64,000 nucleotides of DNA from Eledone cirrhosa (taxonomy: Eukaryota), in contig OZ024758.1 in assembly GCA_964016885.1 (NCBI GenBank), forward strand, positions 37,882,001 through 37,946,000. The letters run 5' to 3'. The stretch's first letter is position 1. Every line of letters starts with the position of its first letter. Positions 40,901 through 54,145 of this stretch are shown piece after piece. Below the pieces are notes generated by a model. That model saw only the letters and a list, made by a program, of their open reading frames with translations, had not been told where the DNA came from and did not search any database. The position numbers were made by a program, and so were the translations under genes.

Positions 40901-42860
40901 CAATGTTGGTGAGAATTCATTTAAGTTCATGGTATTAGCTGTCAGAAGTAACTCCACTGTTGGTGAGAATTCATTTAAGTTCATGGTATTAGCTGTCAGA
41001 AGGAACGCCACTGTTGGTGAGAATTCATTTAAGTTCATGGTATTAGCTGTCAGAAGTAACTCCACTGTTGGTGAGAATTCATTTACGTTCATGGTACTAG
41101 CTGTCAGAAGTAATTCCAATGTTGGTGAGAATTCATTTAAGTTCATGGTATTAGCTGTCAGAAGGAACTCCACTGTTGGTGAGAATTCATTTAAGTTCAT
41201 GGTATTAGCTGTCAGAAGGAACTCCAATGTTGGTGAGAATTCATTTAAGTCATGGTACTAGCTGTCAGAAGTAACTCCACTGTTGGTGAGAATTCATTTA
41301 AGTTCATGGTATTAGCTGTCAGAAGGAACGCCACTGTTGGTGAGAATTCATTTAAGTTCATGGTATTAGCTGTCAGAAGTAACTCCACTGTTGGTAAGAA
41401 TTCATTTAAGTTCATGGTATTAGCTGTCAGAAGTAACTCTAATGTTGGTGAGAATTCATTTAAGTTCATGGTATTAGCTGTCAGAAGGAACGCCACTGTT
41501 GGTGAGAATTCATTTAAGTTCATGGTATTAGCTGTCAGAAGTAACTCCACTGTTGGTGAGAATTCATTTAAGTTCATGGTACTAGCTGTCAGAAGTAACT
41601 CCACTGTTGGTGAGAATTCATTTAAGTTCATGGTATTAGCTGTCAGAAGTAACTCCACTGTTGGTGAGAATTCATTTAAGTTCATGGTATTAGCTGTCAG
41701 AAGTAACTCCACTGTTGGTGAGAATTCATTTAAGTTCATGGTACTAGCTGTCAGAAGGAACTCCAATGTTGGTGAGAATTCATTTAAGTCATGGTACTAG
41801 CTGTCAGAAGTAACTCCACTGTTGGTGAGAATTCATTTAAGTTCATGGTATTAGCTGTCAGAAGGAACGCCACTGTTGGTGAGAATTCATTTAAATTGAT
41901 GGTATTAGCTGTCAGAAGTAACTCCACTGTTGGTGAGAATTCATTTAAGTTCATGGTACTAGCTGTCAGAAGTAACTCCAATGTTGGTGAGAATTCATTT
42001 AAGTTCATGGTATTAGCTGTCAGAAGGAATTCCACTGTTGCTGAGAATTCATTTAAGTTCATGGTATTAGCTGTCAGAAGTAACTCCACTGTTGGTGAGA
42101 ATTCATTTAAGTTCATGGTACTAGCTGTCAGAAGTAACTCCACTGTTGGTGAGAATTCATTTAAGTTCATGGTATTAGCTGTCAGAAGTCACTCCAATGT
42201 TGGTGAGAATTCATTTAAGTTCATGGTATTAGCTGTCAGAAGTCACTCCACTGTTGGTGAGAATTCATTTAAGTTCATGGTACTAGCTGTCAGAAGTAAC
42301 CCCAATGTTGGTGAGAATTCATTTAAGTTCATGGTATTAGCTGTCAGAAGTCACTCCAATGTTGGTGAGAATTTATTTAAGTTCATGGTATTAGCTGTCA
42401 GAAGTAACTCCACTGTTGGTGAGAATTCATTTAAGTTCATGGTATTAGCTTTCAGAAGGAACTCCACTGTTGGTGAGAATTCATTTAAGTTCATGTTATT
42501 AGCTGTCAGAAGGAACTCCAATGTTGGTGAGAATTCATTTAAGTCATGGTACTAGCTGTCAGATGTAACTCCACTGTTGGTGAGAATTCATTTAAGTTCA
42601 TGGTATTAGCTGTCAGAAGGAACGCCACTGTTGGTGAGAATTCATTTAAGTTCATGGTATTAGCTGTCAGAAGTAACTCCACTGTTGGTGAGAATTCATT
42701 TAAGTTCATGGTACTAGCTGACAGAAGTAACTCCAATGTTGGTGAGAATTCATTTAAGTTCATGGTATTAGCTGTCAGAAGGAACTCCACTGTTGGTGAG
42801 AATTCATTTAAGTTCATGGTATTAGCTGTCAGAAGTAACTCCACTGTTGGTGAGAATTCA
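37950..42860. repeat. Tandem duplication of a 45-monomer unit (2425/2424 bp)
   Basis: Offsets 38288->40713, 38827->41252 and 39366->41791 are 2425; 40122->42546 is 2424. Private variants match: ACTCTAAT at 39015/41440 and AAATTGATG at 39473/41898. Confidence 0.9.
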
Positions 42861-45800
42861 TTTAAGTCATGGTATTAGCTGTCAGAAGTAACTCCATTGT
42901 TGGTGAGAATTCATTTAAGTCATGGTACTAGCTGTCAGAAGTAACTCCAATGTTGGTGAGAATTCATTTAAGTCATGGTACTAGCTGTCAGAAGTAACTC
43001 CAATGTTGGTGAGAATTCATTTAAGTCCATGTTATTAGCTGTCAGAAGGAACTCCACTGTTGGTGAGAATACATTTAAGTTCATGGTACTAGCTGTCAGA
43101 AGTAACCCCAATGTTGGTGAGAATTCATTTAAGTTCATGGTATTAGCTGTCAGAAGTCACTCCAATGTTGGTGAGAATTCATTTAAGTTCATGGTATTAG
43201 CTGTCAGAAGTAACTCCACTGTTGGTAAGAATTCATTTAAGTTCATGGTATTAGCTGTCAGAAGTAACTCCACTGTTGGTGAGAATTCATTTAAGTTCAT
43301 GGTATTAGCTGTCAGAAGGAACGCCACTGTTGGTGAGAATTCATTTAAGTTCATGGTATTAGCTGTCAGAAGTAACTCCACTGTTGGTGAGAATTCATTT
43401 ACGTTCATGGTACTAGCTGTCAGAAGTAATTCCAATGTTGGTGAGAATTCATTTAAGTTCATGGTATTAGCTGTCAGAAGGAACTCCACTGTTGGTGAGA
43501 ATTCATTTAAGTTCATGGTATTAGCTGTCAGAAGGAACTCCAATGTTGGTGAGAATTCATTTAAGTCATGGTACTAGCTGTCAGAAGTAACTCCACTGTT
43601 GGTGAGAATTCGTTTAAGTTCATGGTATTAGCTGTCAGAAGGAACGCCACTGTTGGTGAGAATTCATTTAAGTTCATGGTACTAGCTGTCAGAAGTAACT
43701 CCAATGTTGGTGAGAATTCATTTAAGTTCATGGTATTAGCTGTCAGAAGGAACTCCACTGTTGGTGAGAATTCATTTAAGTTCATGGTATTAGCTGTCAG
43801 AAGTAACTCCACTGTTGGTGAGAATTCATTTAAGTCATGGTATTAGCTGTCAGAAGTAACTCCATTGTTGGTGAGAATTCATTTAAGTCATGGTACTAGC
43901 TGTCAGAAGTAACTCCAATGTTGGTGAGAATTCATTTAAGTCATGGTACTAGCTGTCAGAAGTAACTCCAATGTTGGTGAGAATTCATTTAAGTTCATGT
44001 TATTAGCTGTCAGAAGGAACTCCACTGTTGGTGAGAATACATTTAAGTTCATGGTACTAGCTGTCAGAAGTAACCCCAATGTTGGTGAGAATTCATTTAA
44101 GTTCATGGTATTAGCTGTCAGAAGTCACTCCAATGTTGGTGAGAATTCATTTAAGTTCATGGTATTAGCTGTCAGAAGTAACTCCACTGTTGGTAAGAAT
44201 TCATTTAAGTTCATGGTATTAGCTCTCAGAAGTAACTCCACTGTTGGTGAGAATTCATTTAAGTTCATGGTATTAGCTGTCAGAAGGAACGCCACTGTTG
44301 GTGAGAATTCATTTAAGTTCATGGTATTAGCTGTCAGAAGTAACTCCACTGTTGGTGAGAATTCATTTAAGTTCATGGTACTAGCTGTCAGAAGTAACTC
44401 CAATGTTGGTGAGAATTCATTTAAGTTCATGGTATTAGCTGTCAGAAGGAACTCCACTGTTGCTGAGAATTCATTTAAGTTCATGGTATTAGCTGTCAGA
44501 AGTAACTCCACTGTTGGTGAGAATTCATTTAAGTTCATGGTACTAGCTGTCAGAAGTAACTCCACTGTTGGTGAGAATTCATTTAAGTTCATGGTATTAG
44601 CTGTCAGAAGTCACTCCAATGTTGGTGAGAATTCATTTAAGTTCATGGTATTAGCTGTCAGAAGTCACTCCACTGTTGGTGAGAATTCATTTAAGTTCAT
44701 GGTACTAGCTGTCAGAAGTAACCCCAATGTTGGTGAGAATTCATTTAAGTTCATGGTATTAGCTGTCAGAAGTCACTCCAATGTTGGCGAGAATTCATTT
44801 AAGTTCATGGTATTAGCTGTCAGAAGTAACTCCACTGTTGGTGAGAATTCATTTAAGTTCATGGTATTAGCTGTCAGAAGTAACTCCACTGTTGGTGAGA
44901 ATTCATTTAAGTCATGGTATTAGCTGTCAGAAGTAACTCCAATGTTGGTGAGAATTCATTTAAGTTCATGGTATTAGCTGTCAGAAGTCACTCCAATGTT
45001 GGCGAGAATTCATTTAAGTTCATGGTATTAGCTGTCAGAAGTAACTCCACTGTTGGTGAGAATTCATTTAAGTTCATGGTACTAGCTGTCAGAAGTAACT
45101 CCACTGTTGGTGAGAATTCATTTAAGTTCATGTTATTAGCTGTCAGAAGTCACTCCAATGTTGGTGAGAATTCATTTAAGTTCATGGTATTAGCTGTCAG
45201 AAGTCACTCCACTGTTGGTGAGAATTCATTTAAGTTCATGGTACTAGCTGTCAGAAGTAACCCCAATGTTGGTGAGAATTCATTTAAGTTCATGGTATTA
45301 GCTGTCAGAAGTCACTCCAATGTTGGTGAGAATTCATTTAAGTTCATGGTATTAGCTGTCAGAAGTAACTCCACTGTTGGTGAGAATTCATTTAAGTTCA
45401 TGGTATTAGCTGTCAGAAGTAACTCCACTGTTGGTGAGAATTCATTTAAGTTCATGGTATTAGCTGTCAGAAGGAACGCCACTGTTGGTGAGAATTCATT
45501 TAAGTTCATGGTATTAGCTGTCAGAAGTAACTCCACTGTTGGTGAGAATTCATTTAAGTTCATGGTACTAGCTGTCAGAAGTAACTCCACTGTTGGTGAG
45601 AATTCATTTAAGTTCATGGTATTAGCTGTCAGAAGTCACTCCAATGTTGGTGAGAATTCATTTAAGTTCATGGTATTAGCTGTCAGAAGTCACTCCACTG
45701 TTGGTGAGAATTCATTTAAGTTCATGGTACTAGCTGTCAGAAGTAACCCCAATGTTGGTGAGAATTCATTTAAGTTCATGGTATTAGCTGTCAGAAGTCA

Positions 45801-45992
45801 CTCCAATGTTGGTGAGAATTCATTTAAGTTCATGGTATTAGCTGTCAGAAGTAACTCCACTGTTGGTGAGAATTCATTTAAGTTCATGGTATTAGCTGTC
45901 AGAAGTAACTCCACTGTTGGTGAGAATTCATTTAAGTTCATGGTATTAGCTGTCAGAAGTAACTCCACTGTTGGTGAGAATTCATTTAAGTC

Positions 45993-48900
45993 ATGGTATT
46001 AGCTGTCAGAAGTAACTCCAATGTTGGTGAGAATTCATTTAAGTTCATGGTATTAGCTGTCAGAAGTCACTCCACTGTTGGTGAGAATTCATTTAAGTTC
46101 ATGGTACTAGCTGTCAGAAGTAACCCCAATGTTGGTGAGAATTCATTTAAGTTCATGGTATTAGCTGTCAGAAGTAACTCCAATGTTGGTGAGAATTCAT
46201 TTAAGTTCATGGTATTAGCTGTCAGAAGTAACTCCACTGTTAGTGAGAATTCATTTAAGTTCATGGTATTAGCTGTCAGAAGTAACTCCACTGTTGGTGA
46301 GAATTCATTTAAGTTCATGGTATTAGCTGTCAGAAGTAACTCCACTGTTGGTGAGAATTCATTTAAGTTCATGGTATTAGCTGTCAGAAGTAACTCCACT
46401 GTTGGTGAGAGTTCATTTAAGTTCATGGTATTAGCTGTCAGAAGGAACACCACTGTTGGTGAGAATTCATTTAAATTCATGGTATTAGCTGTCAGAAGTA
46501 ACTCCACTGTTGGTGAGAATTCATTTAAGTTCATGGTACTAGCTGTCAGAAGTAACTCCAATGTTGGTGAGAATTCATTTAAGTTCATGGTATTAGCTGT
46601 CAGAAGGAATTCCACTGTTGCTGAGAATTCATTTAAGTTCATGGTATTAGCTGTCAGAAGTAACTCCACTGTTGGTGAAAATTCATTTAAGTTCATGGTA
46701 CTAGCTGTCAGAAGTAACTCCACTGTTGGTGAGAATTCATTTAAGTTCATGGTATTAGCTGTCAGAAGTCACTCCAATGTTGGTGAGAATTCATTTAAGT
46801 TCATGGTATTAGCTGTCAGAAGTCACTCCACTGTTGGTGAGAATTCATTTAAGTTCATGGTACTAGCTGTCAGAAGTAACCCCAATGTTGGTGAGAATTC
46901 ATTTAAGTTCATGGTATTAGCTGTCAGAAGTCACTCCAATGTTGGTGAGAATTCATTTAAGTTCATGGTATTAGCTGTCAGAAGTAACTCCACTGTTGGT
47001 GAGAATTCATTGAAGTTCATGGTATTAGTTTGTCAGAAGTAACTCCACTGTTGGTGAGAATTCATTTAAGTCATGGTATTAGTTGTCAGAAGTAACTCCA
47101 ATGTTGGTGAGAATTCATTTAAGTTCATGGTATTAGCTGTCAGAAGGAACTCCACTGTTGGTGAGAATTCATTTAAGTTCATGGTATTAGCTGTCAGAAG
47201 GAACTCCAATGTTGGTGGGAATTCATTTAAGTCATGGTACTAGCTGTCAGATGTAACTCCACTGTTGGTGAGAATTCATTTAAGTTCATGGTATTAGCTG
47301 TCAGAAGGAACGCCACTGTTGGTGAGAATTCATTTAAGTTCATGGTATTAGCTGTCAGAAGTAACTCCACTGTTGGTGAGAATTCATTTAAGTTCATGGT
47401 ACTAGCTGTCAGAAGTAACTCCAATGTTGGTGAGAATTCATTTAAGTTCATGGTATTAGCTGTCAGAAGGAACTCCACTGTTGGTGAGAATTCATTTAAG
47501 TTCATGGTATTAGCTGTCAGAAGTAACTCCACTGTTGGTGAGAATTCATTTAAGTCATGGTATTAGCTGTCAGAAGTAACTCCATTGTTGGTGAGAATTC
47601 ATTTAAGTCATGGTACTAGCTGTCAGAAGTAACTCCACTGTTGGTGAGAATTCATTTAAGTTCATGGTACTAGCTGTCAGAAGTAACTCCAATGTTGGTG
47701 AGAATTCATTTAAGTTCATGGTATTAGCTGTCAGAAGGAACTCCACTGTTGGTGAGAATTCATTTAAGTTCATGATATTAGCTGTCAGAAGTAACTCCAC
47801 TGTTGGTGAGAATTCATTTACGTTCATGGTACTAGCTGTCAGAAGTAACTCCAATGTTGGTGAGAATTCATTTAAGTTCATGGTATTAGCTGTCAGAAGG
47901 AACTCCACTGTTGGTGAGAATTCATTTAAGTTCATGATATTAGCTGTCAGAAGTAACTCCACTGTTGGTGAGAATTCATTTACGTTCATGGTACTAGCTG
48001 TCAGAAGTAATTCCAATGTTGGTGAGAATTCATTTAAGTTCATGGTATTAGCTGTCAGAAGGAACTCCACTGTTGGTGAGAATTCATTTAAGTTCATGGT
48101 ATTAGCTGTCAGAAGGAACTCCACTGTTGGTGAGAATTCATTTAAGTCATGGTATTAGCTGTCAGAAGTAACTCCAATGTTGGTGAGAATTCATTTAAGT
48201 TCATGGTATTAGCTGTCAGAAGTCACTCCACTGTTGGTGAGAATTCATTTAAGTTCATGGTACTAGCTGTCAGAAGTAACCCCAATGTTGGTGAGAATTC
48301 ATTTAAGTTCATGGTATTAGCTGTCAGAAGTAACTCCAATGTTGGTGAGAATTCATTTAAGTTCATGGTATTAGCTGTCAGAAGTAACTCCACTGTTAGT
48401 GAGAATTCATTTAAGTTCATGGTATTAGCTGTCAGAAGTAACTCCACTGTTGGTGAGAATTCATTTAAGTTCATGGTATTAGCTGTCAGAAGTAACTCCA
48501 CTGTTGGTGAGAATTCATTTAAGTTCATGGTATTAGCTGTCAGAAGTAACTCCACTGTTGGTGAGAGTTCATTTAAGTTCATGGTATTAGCTGTCAGAAG
48601 GAACACCACTGTTGGTGAGAATTCATTTAAATTCATGGTATTAGCTGTCAGAAGTAACTCCACTGTTGGTGAGAATTCATTTAAGTTCATGGTACTAGCT
48701 GTCAGAAGTAACTCCAATGTTGGTGAGAATTCATTTAAGTTCATGGTATTAGCTGTCAGAAGGAATTCCACTGTTGCTGAGAATTCATTTAAGTTCATGG
48801 TATTAGCTGTCAGAAGTAACTCCACTGTTGGTGAAAATTCATTTAAGTTCATGGTACTAGCTGTCAGAAGTAACTCCACTGTTGGTGAGAATTCATTTAA

Positions 48901-51900
48901 GTTCATGGTATTAGCTGTCAGAAGTCACTCCAATGTTGGTGAGAATTCATTTAAGTTCATGGTATTAGCTGTCAGAAGTCACTCCACTGTTGGTGAGAAT
49001 TCATTTAAGTTCATGGTACTAGCTGTCAGAAGTAACCCCAATGTTGGTGAGAATTCATTTAAGTTCATGGTATTAGCTGTCAGAAGTCACTCCAATGTTG
49101 GTGAGAATTCATTTAAGTTCATGGTATTAGCTGTCAGAAGTAACTCCACTGTTGGTGAGAATTCATTGAAGTTCATGGTATTAGTTTGTCAGAAGTAACT
49201 CCACTGTTGGTGAGAATTCATTTAAGTCATGGTATTAGTTGTCAGAAGTAACTCCAATGTTGGTGAGAATTCATTTAAGTTCATGGTATTAGCTGTCAGA
49301 AGGAACTCCACTGTTGGTGAGAATTCATTTAAGTTCATGGTATTAGCTGTCAGAAGGAACTCCAATGTTGGTGGGAATTCATTTAAGTCATGGTACTAGC
49401 TGTCAGATGTAACTCCACTGTTGGTGAGAATTCATTTAAGTTCATGGTATTAGCTGTCAGAAGGAACGCCACTGTTGGTGAGAATTCATTTAAGTTCATG
49501 GTATTAGCTGTCAGAAGTAACTCCACTGTTGGTGAGAATTCATTTAAGTTCATGGTACTAGCTGTCAGAAGTAACTCCAATGTTGGTGAGAATTCATTTA
49601 AGTTCATGGTATTAGCTGTCAGAAGGAACTCCACTGTTGGTGAGAATTCATTTAAGTTCATGGTATTAGCTGTCAGAAGTAACTCCACTGTTGGTGAGAA
49701 TTCATTTAAGTCATGGTATTAGCTGTCAGAAGTAACTCCATTGTTGGTGAGAATTCATTTAAGTCATGGTACTAGCTGTCAGAAGTAACTCCACTGTTGG
49801 TGAGAATTCATTTAAGTTCATGGTACTAGCTGTCAGAAGTAACTCCAATGTTGGTGAGAATTCATTTAAGTTCATGGTATTAGCTGTCAGAAGGAACTCC
49901 ACTGTTGGTGAGAATTCATTTAAGTTCATGATATTAGCTGTCAGAAGTAACTCCACTGTTGGTGAGAATTCATTTACGTTCATGGTACTAGCTGTCAGAA
50001 GTAATTCCAATGTTGGTGAGAATTCATTTAAGTTCATGGTATTAGCTGTCAGAAGGAACTCCACTGTTGGTGAGAATTCATTTAAGTTCATGGTATTAGC
50101 TGTCAGAAGTCACTCCACTGTTGGTGAGAATTCATTTAAGTTCATGGTACTAGCTGTCAGAAGTAACCCCAATGTTGGTGAGAATTCATTTAAGTTCATG
50201 GTATTAGCTGTCAGAAGTAACTCCAATGTTGGTGAGAATTCATTTAAGTTCATGGTATTAGCTGTCAGAAGTAACTCCACTGTTAGTGAGAATTCATTTA
50301 AGTTCATGGTATTAGCTGTCAGAAGTAACTCCACTGTTGGTGAGAATTCATTTAAGTTCATGGTATTAGCTGTCAGAAGTAACTCCACTGTTGGTGAGAA
50401 TTCATTTAAGTTCATGGTATTAGCTGTCAGAAGTAACTCCACTGTTGGTGAGAGTTCATTTAAGTTCATGGTATTAGCTGTCAGAAGGAACACCACTGTT
50501 GGTGAGAATTCATTTAAATTCATGGTATTAGCTGTCAGAAGTAACTCCACTGTTGGTGAGAATTCATTTAAGTTCATGGTACTAGCTGTCAGAAGTAACT
50601 CCAATGTTGGTGAGAATTCATTTAAGTTCATGGTATTAGCTGTCAGAAGGAATTCCACTGTTGCTGAGAATTCATTTAAGTTCATGGTATTAGCTGTCAG
50701 AAGTAACTCCACTGTTGGTGAAAATTCATTTAAGTTCATGGTACTAGCTGTCAGAAGTAACTCCACTGTTGGTGAGAATTCATTTAAGTTCATGGTATTA
50801 GCTGTCAGAAGTCACTCCAATGTTGGTGAGAATTCATTTAAGTTCATGGTATTAGCTGTCAGAAGTCACTCCACTGTTGGTGAGAATTCATTTAAGTTCA
50901 TGGTACTAGCTGTCAGAAGTAACCCCAATGTTGGTGAGAATTCATTTAAGTTCATGGTATTAGCTGTCAGAAGTCACTCCAATGTTGGTGAGAATTCATT
51001 TAAGTTCATGGTATTAGCTGTCAGAAGTAACTCCACTGTTGGTGAGAATTCATTGAAGTTCATGGTATTAGTTTGTCAGAAGTAACTCCACTGTTGGTGA
51101 GAATTCATTTAAGTCATGGTATTAGTTGTCAGAAGTAACTCCAATGTTGGTGAGAATTCATTTAAGTTCATGGTATTAGCTGTCAGAAGGAACTCCACTG
51201 TTGGTGAGAATTCATTTAAGTTCATGGTATTAGCTGTCAGAAGGAACTCCAATGTTGGTGGGAATTCATTTAAGTCATGGTACTAGCTGTCAGATGTAAC
51301 TCCACTGTTGGTGAGAATTCATTTAAGTTCATGGTATTAGCTGTCAGAAGGAACGCCACTGTTGGTGAGAATTCATTTAAGTTCATGGTATTAGCTGTCA
51401 GAAGTAACTCCACTGTTGGTGAGAATTCATTTAAGTTCATGGTACTAGCTGTCAGAAGTAACTCCAATGTTGGTGAGAATTCATTTAAGTTCATGGTATT
51501 AGCTGTCAGAAGGAACTCCACTGTTGGTGAGAATTCATTTAAGTTCATGGTATTAGCTGTCAGAAGTAACTCCACTGTTGGTGAGAATTCATTTAAGTCA
51601 TGGTATTAGCTGTCAGAAGTAACTCCATTGTTGGTGAGAATTCATTTAAGTCATGGTACTAGCTGTCAGAAGTAACTCCACTGTTGGTGAGAATTCATTT
51701 AAGTTCATGGTACTAGCTGTCAGAAGTAACTCCAATGTTGGTGAGAATTCATTTAAGTTCATGGTATTAGCTGTCAGAAGGAACTCCACTGTTGGTGAGA
51801 ATTCATTTAAGTTCATGATATTAGCTGTCAGAAGTAACTCCACTGTTGGTGAGAATTCATTTACGTTCATGGTACTAGCTGTCAGAAGTAACTCCAATGT

Positions 51901-54145
51901 TGGTGAGAATTCATTTAAGTTCATGGTATTAGCTGTCAGAAGGAACTCCACTGTTGGTGAGAATTCATTTAAGTTCATGATATTAGCTGTCAGAAGTAAC
52001 TCCACTGTTGGTGAGAATTCATTTACGTTCATGGTACTAGCTGTCAGAAGTAATTCCAATGTTGGTGAGAATTCATTTAAGTTCATGGTATTAGCTGTCA
52101 GAAGGAACTCCACTGTTGGTGAGAATTCATTTAAGTTCATGGTATTAGCTGTCAGAAGGAACTCCACTGTTGGTGAGAATTCATTTAAGTCATGGTATTA
52201 GCTGTCAGAAGTAACTCCAATGTTGGTGAGAATTCATTTAAGTTCATGGTATTAGCTGTCAGAAGTCACTCCACTGTTGGTGAGAATTCATTTAAGTTCA
52301 TGGTACTAGCTGTCAGAAGTAACCCCAATGTTGGTGAGAATTCATTTAAGTTCATGGTATTAGCTGTCAGAAGTAACTCCAATGTTGGTGAGAATTCATT
52401 TAAGTTCATGGTATTAGCTGTCAGAAGTAACTCCACTGTTAGTGAGAATTCATTTAAGTTCATGGTATTAGCTGTCAGAAGTAACTCCACTGTTGGTGAG
52501 AATTCATTTAAGTTCATGGTATTAGCTGTCAGAAGTAACTCCACTGTTGGTGAGAATTCATTTAAGTTCATGGTATTAGCTGTCAGAAGTAACTCCACTG
52601 TTGGTGAGAGTTCATTTAAGTTCATGGTATTAGCTGTCAGAAGGAACACCACTGTTGGTGAGAATTCATTTAAATTCATGGTATTAGCTGTCAGAAGTAA
52701 CTCCACTGTTGGTGAGAATTCATTTAAGTTCATGGTACTAGCTGTCAGAAGTAACTCCAATGTTGGTGAGAATTCATTTAAGTTCATGGTATTAGCTGTC
52801 AGAAGGAATTCCACTGTTGCTGAGAATTCATTTAAGTTCATGGTATTAGCTGTCAGAAGTAACTCCACTGTTGGTGAAAATTCATTTAAGTTCATGGTAC
52901 TAGCTGTCAGAAGTAACTCCACTGTTGGTGAGAATTCATTTAAGTTCATGGTATTAGCTGTCAGAAGTCACTCCAATGTTGGTGAGAATTCATTTAAGTT
53001 CATGGTATTAGCTGTCAGAAGTCACTCCACTGTTGGTGAGAATTCATTTAAGTTCATGGTACTAGCTGTCAGAAGTAACCCCAATGTTGGTGAGAATTCA
53101 TTTAAGTTCATGGTATTAGCTGTCAGAAGTCACTCCAATGTTGGTGAGAATTCATTTAAGTTCATGGTATTAGCTGTCAGAAGTAACTCCACTGTTGGTG
53201 AGAATTCATTGAAGTTCATGGTATTAGTTTGTCAGAAGTAACTCCACTGTTGGTGAGAATTCATTTAAGTCATGGTATTAGTTGTCAGAAGTAACTCCAA
53301 TGTTGGTGAGAATTCATTTAAGTTCATGGTATTAGCTGTCAGAAGGAACTCCACTGTTGGTGAGAATTCATTTAAGTTCATGGTATTAGCTGTCAGAAGG
53401 AACTCCAATGTTGGTGGGAATTCATTTAAGTCATGGTACTAGCTGTCAGATGTAACTCCACTGTTGGTGAGAATTCATTTAAGTTCATGGTATTAGCTGT
53501 CAGAAGGAACGCCACTGTTGGTGAGAATTCATTTAAGTTCATGGTATTAGCTGTCAGAAGTAACTCCACTGTTGGTGAGAATTCATTTAAGTTCATGGTA
53601 CTAGCTGTCAGAAGTAACTCCAATGTTGGTGAGAATTCATTTAAGTTCATGGTATTAGCTGTCAGAAGGAACTCCACTGTTGGTGAGAATTCATTTAAGT
53701 TCATGGTATTAGCTGTCAGAAGTAACTCCACTGTTGGTGAGAATTCATTTAAGTCATGGTATTAGCTGTCAGAAGTAACTCCATTGTTGGTGAGAATTCA
53801 TTTAAGTCATGGTACTAGCTGTCAGAAGTAACTCCACTGTTGGTGAGAATTCATTTAAGTTCATGGTACTAGCTGTCAGAAGTAACTCCAATGTTGGTGA
53901 GAATTCATTTAAGTTCATGGTATTAGCTGTCAGAAGGAACTCCACTGTTGGTGAGAATTCATTTAAGTTCATGATATTAGCTGTCAGAAGTAACTCCACT
54001 GTTGGTGAGAATTCATTTACGTTCATGGTACTAGCTGTCAGAAGTAATTCCAATGTTGGTGAGAATTCATTTAAGTTCATGGTATTAGCTGTCAGAAGGA
54101 ACTCCACTGTTGGTGAGAATTCATTTAAGTTCATGGTATTAGCTG
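45993..54145. repeat. Four-copy higher-order repeat (40/35/40-monomer spacing), equal to a duplicated 75-monomer (4043 bp) dimer
   Basis: The GTTAGTGAG marker lies at 46242, 48398, 50285 and 52441 (spacing 2156, 1887, 2156). GAGAGT, GAAAAT, TTGAAG and GTGGGA occur in all four copies. Offsets 47610->51653 and 49766->53809 are 4043. Confidence 0.93.
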
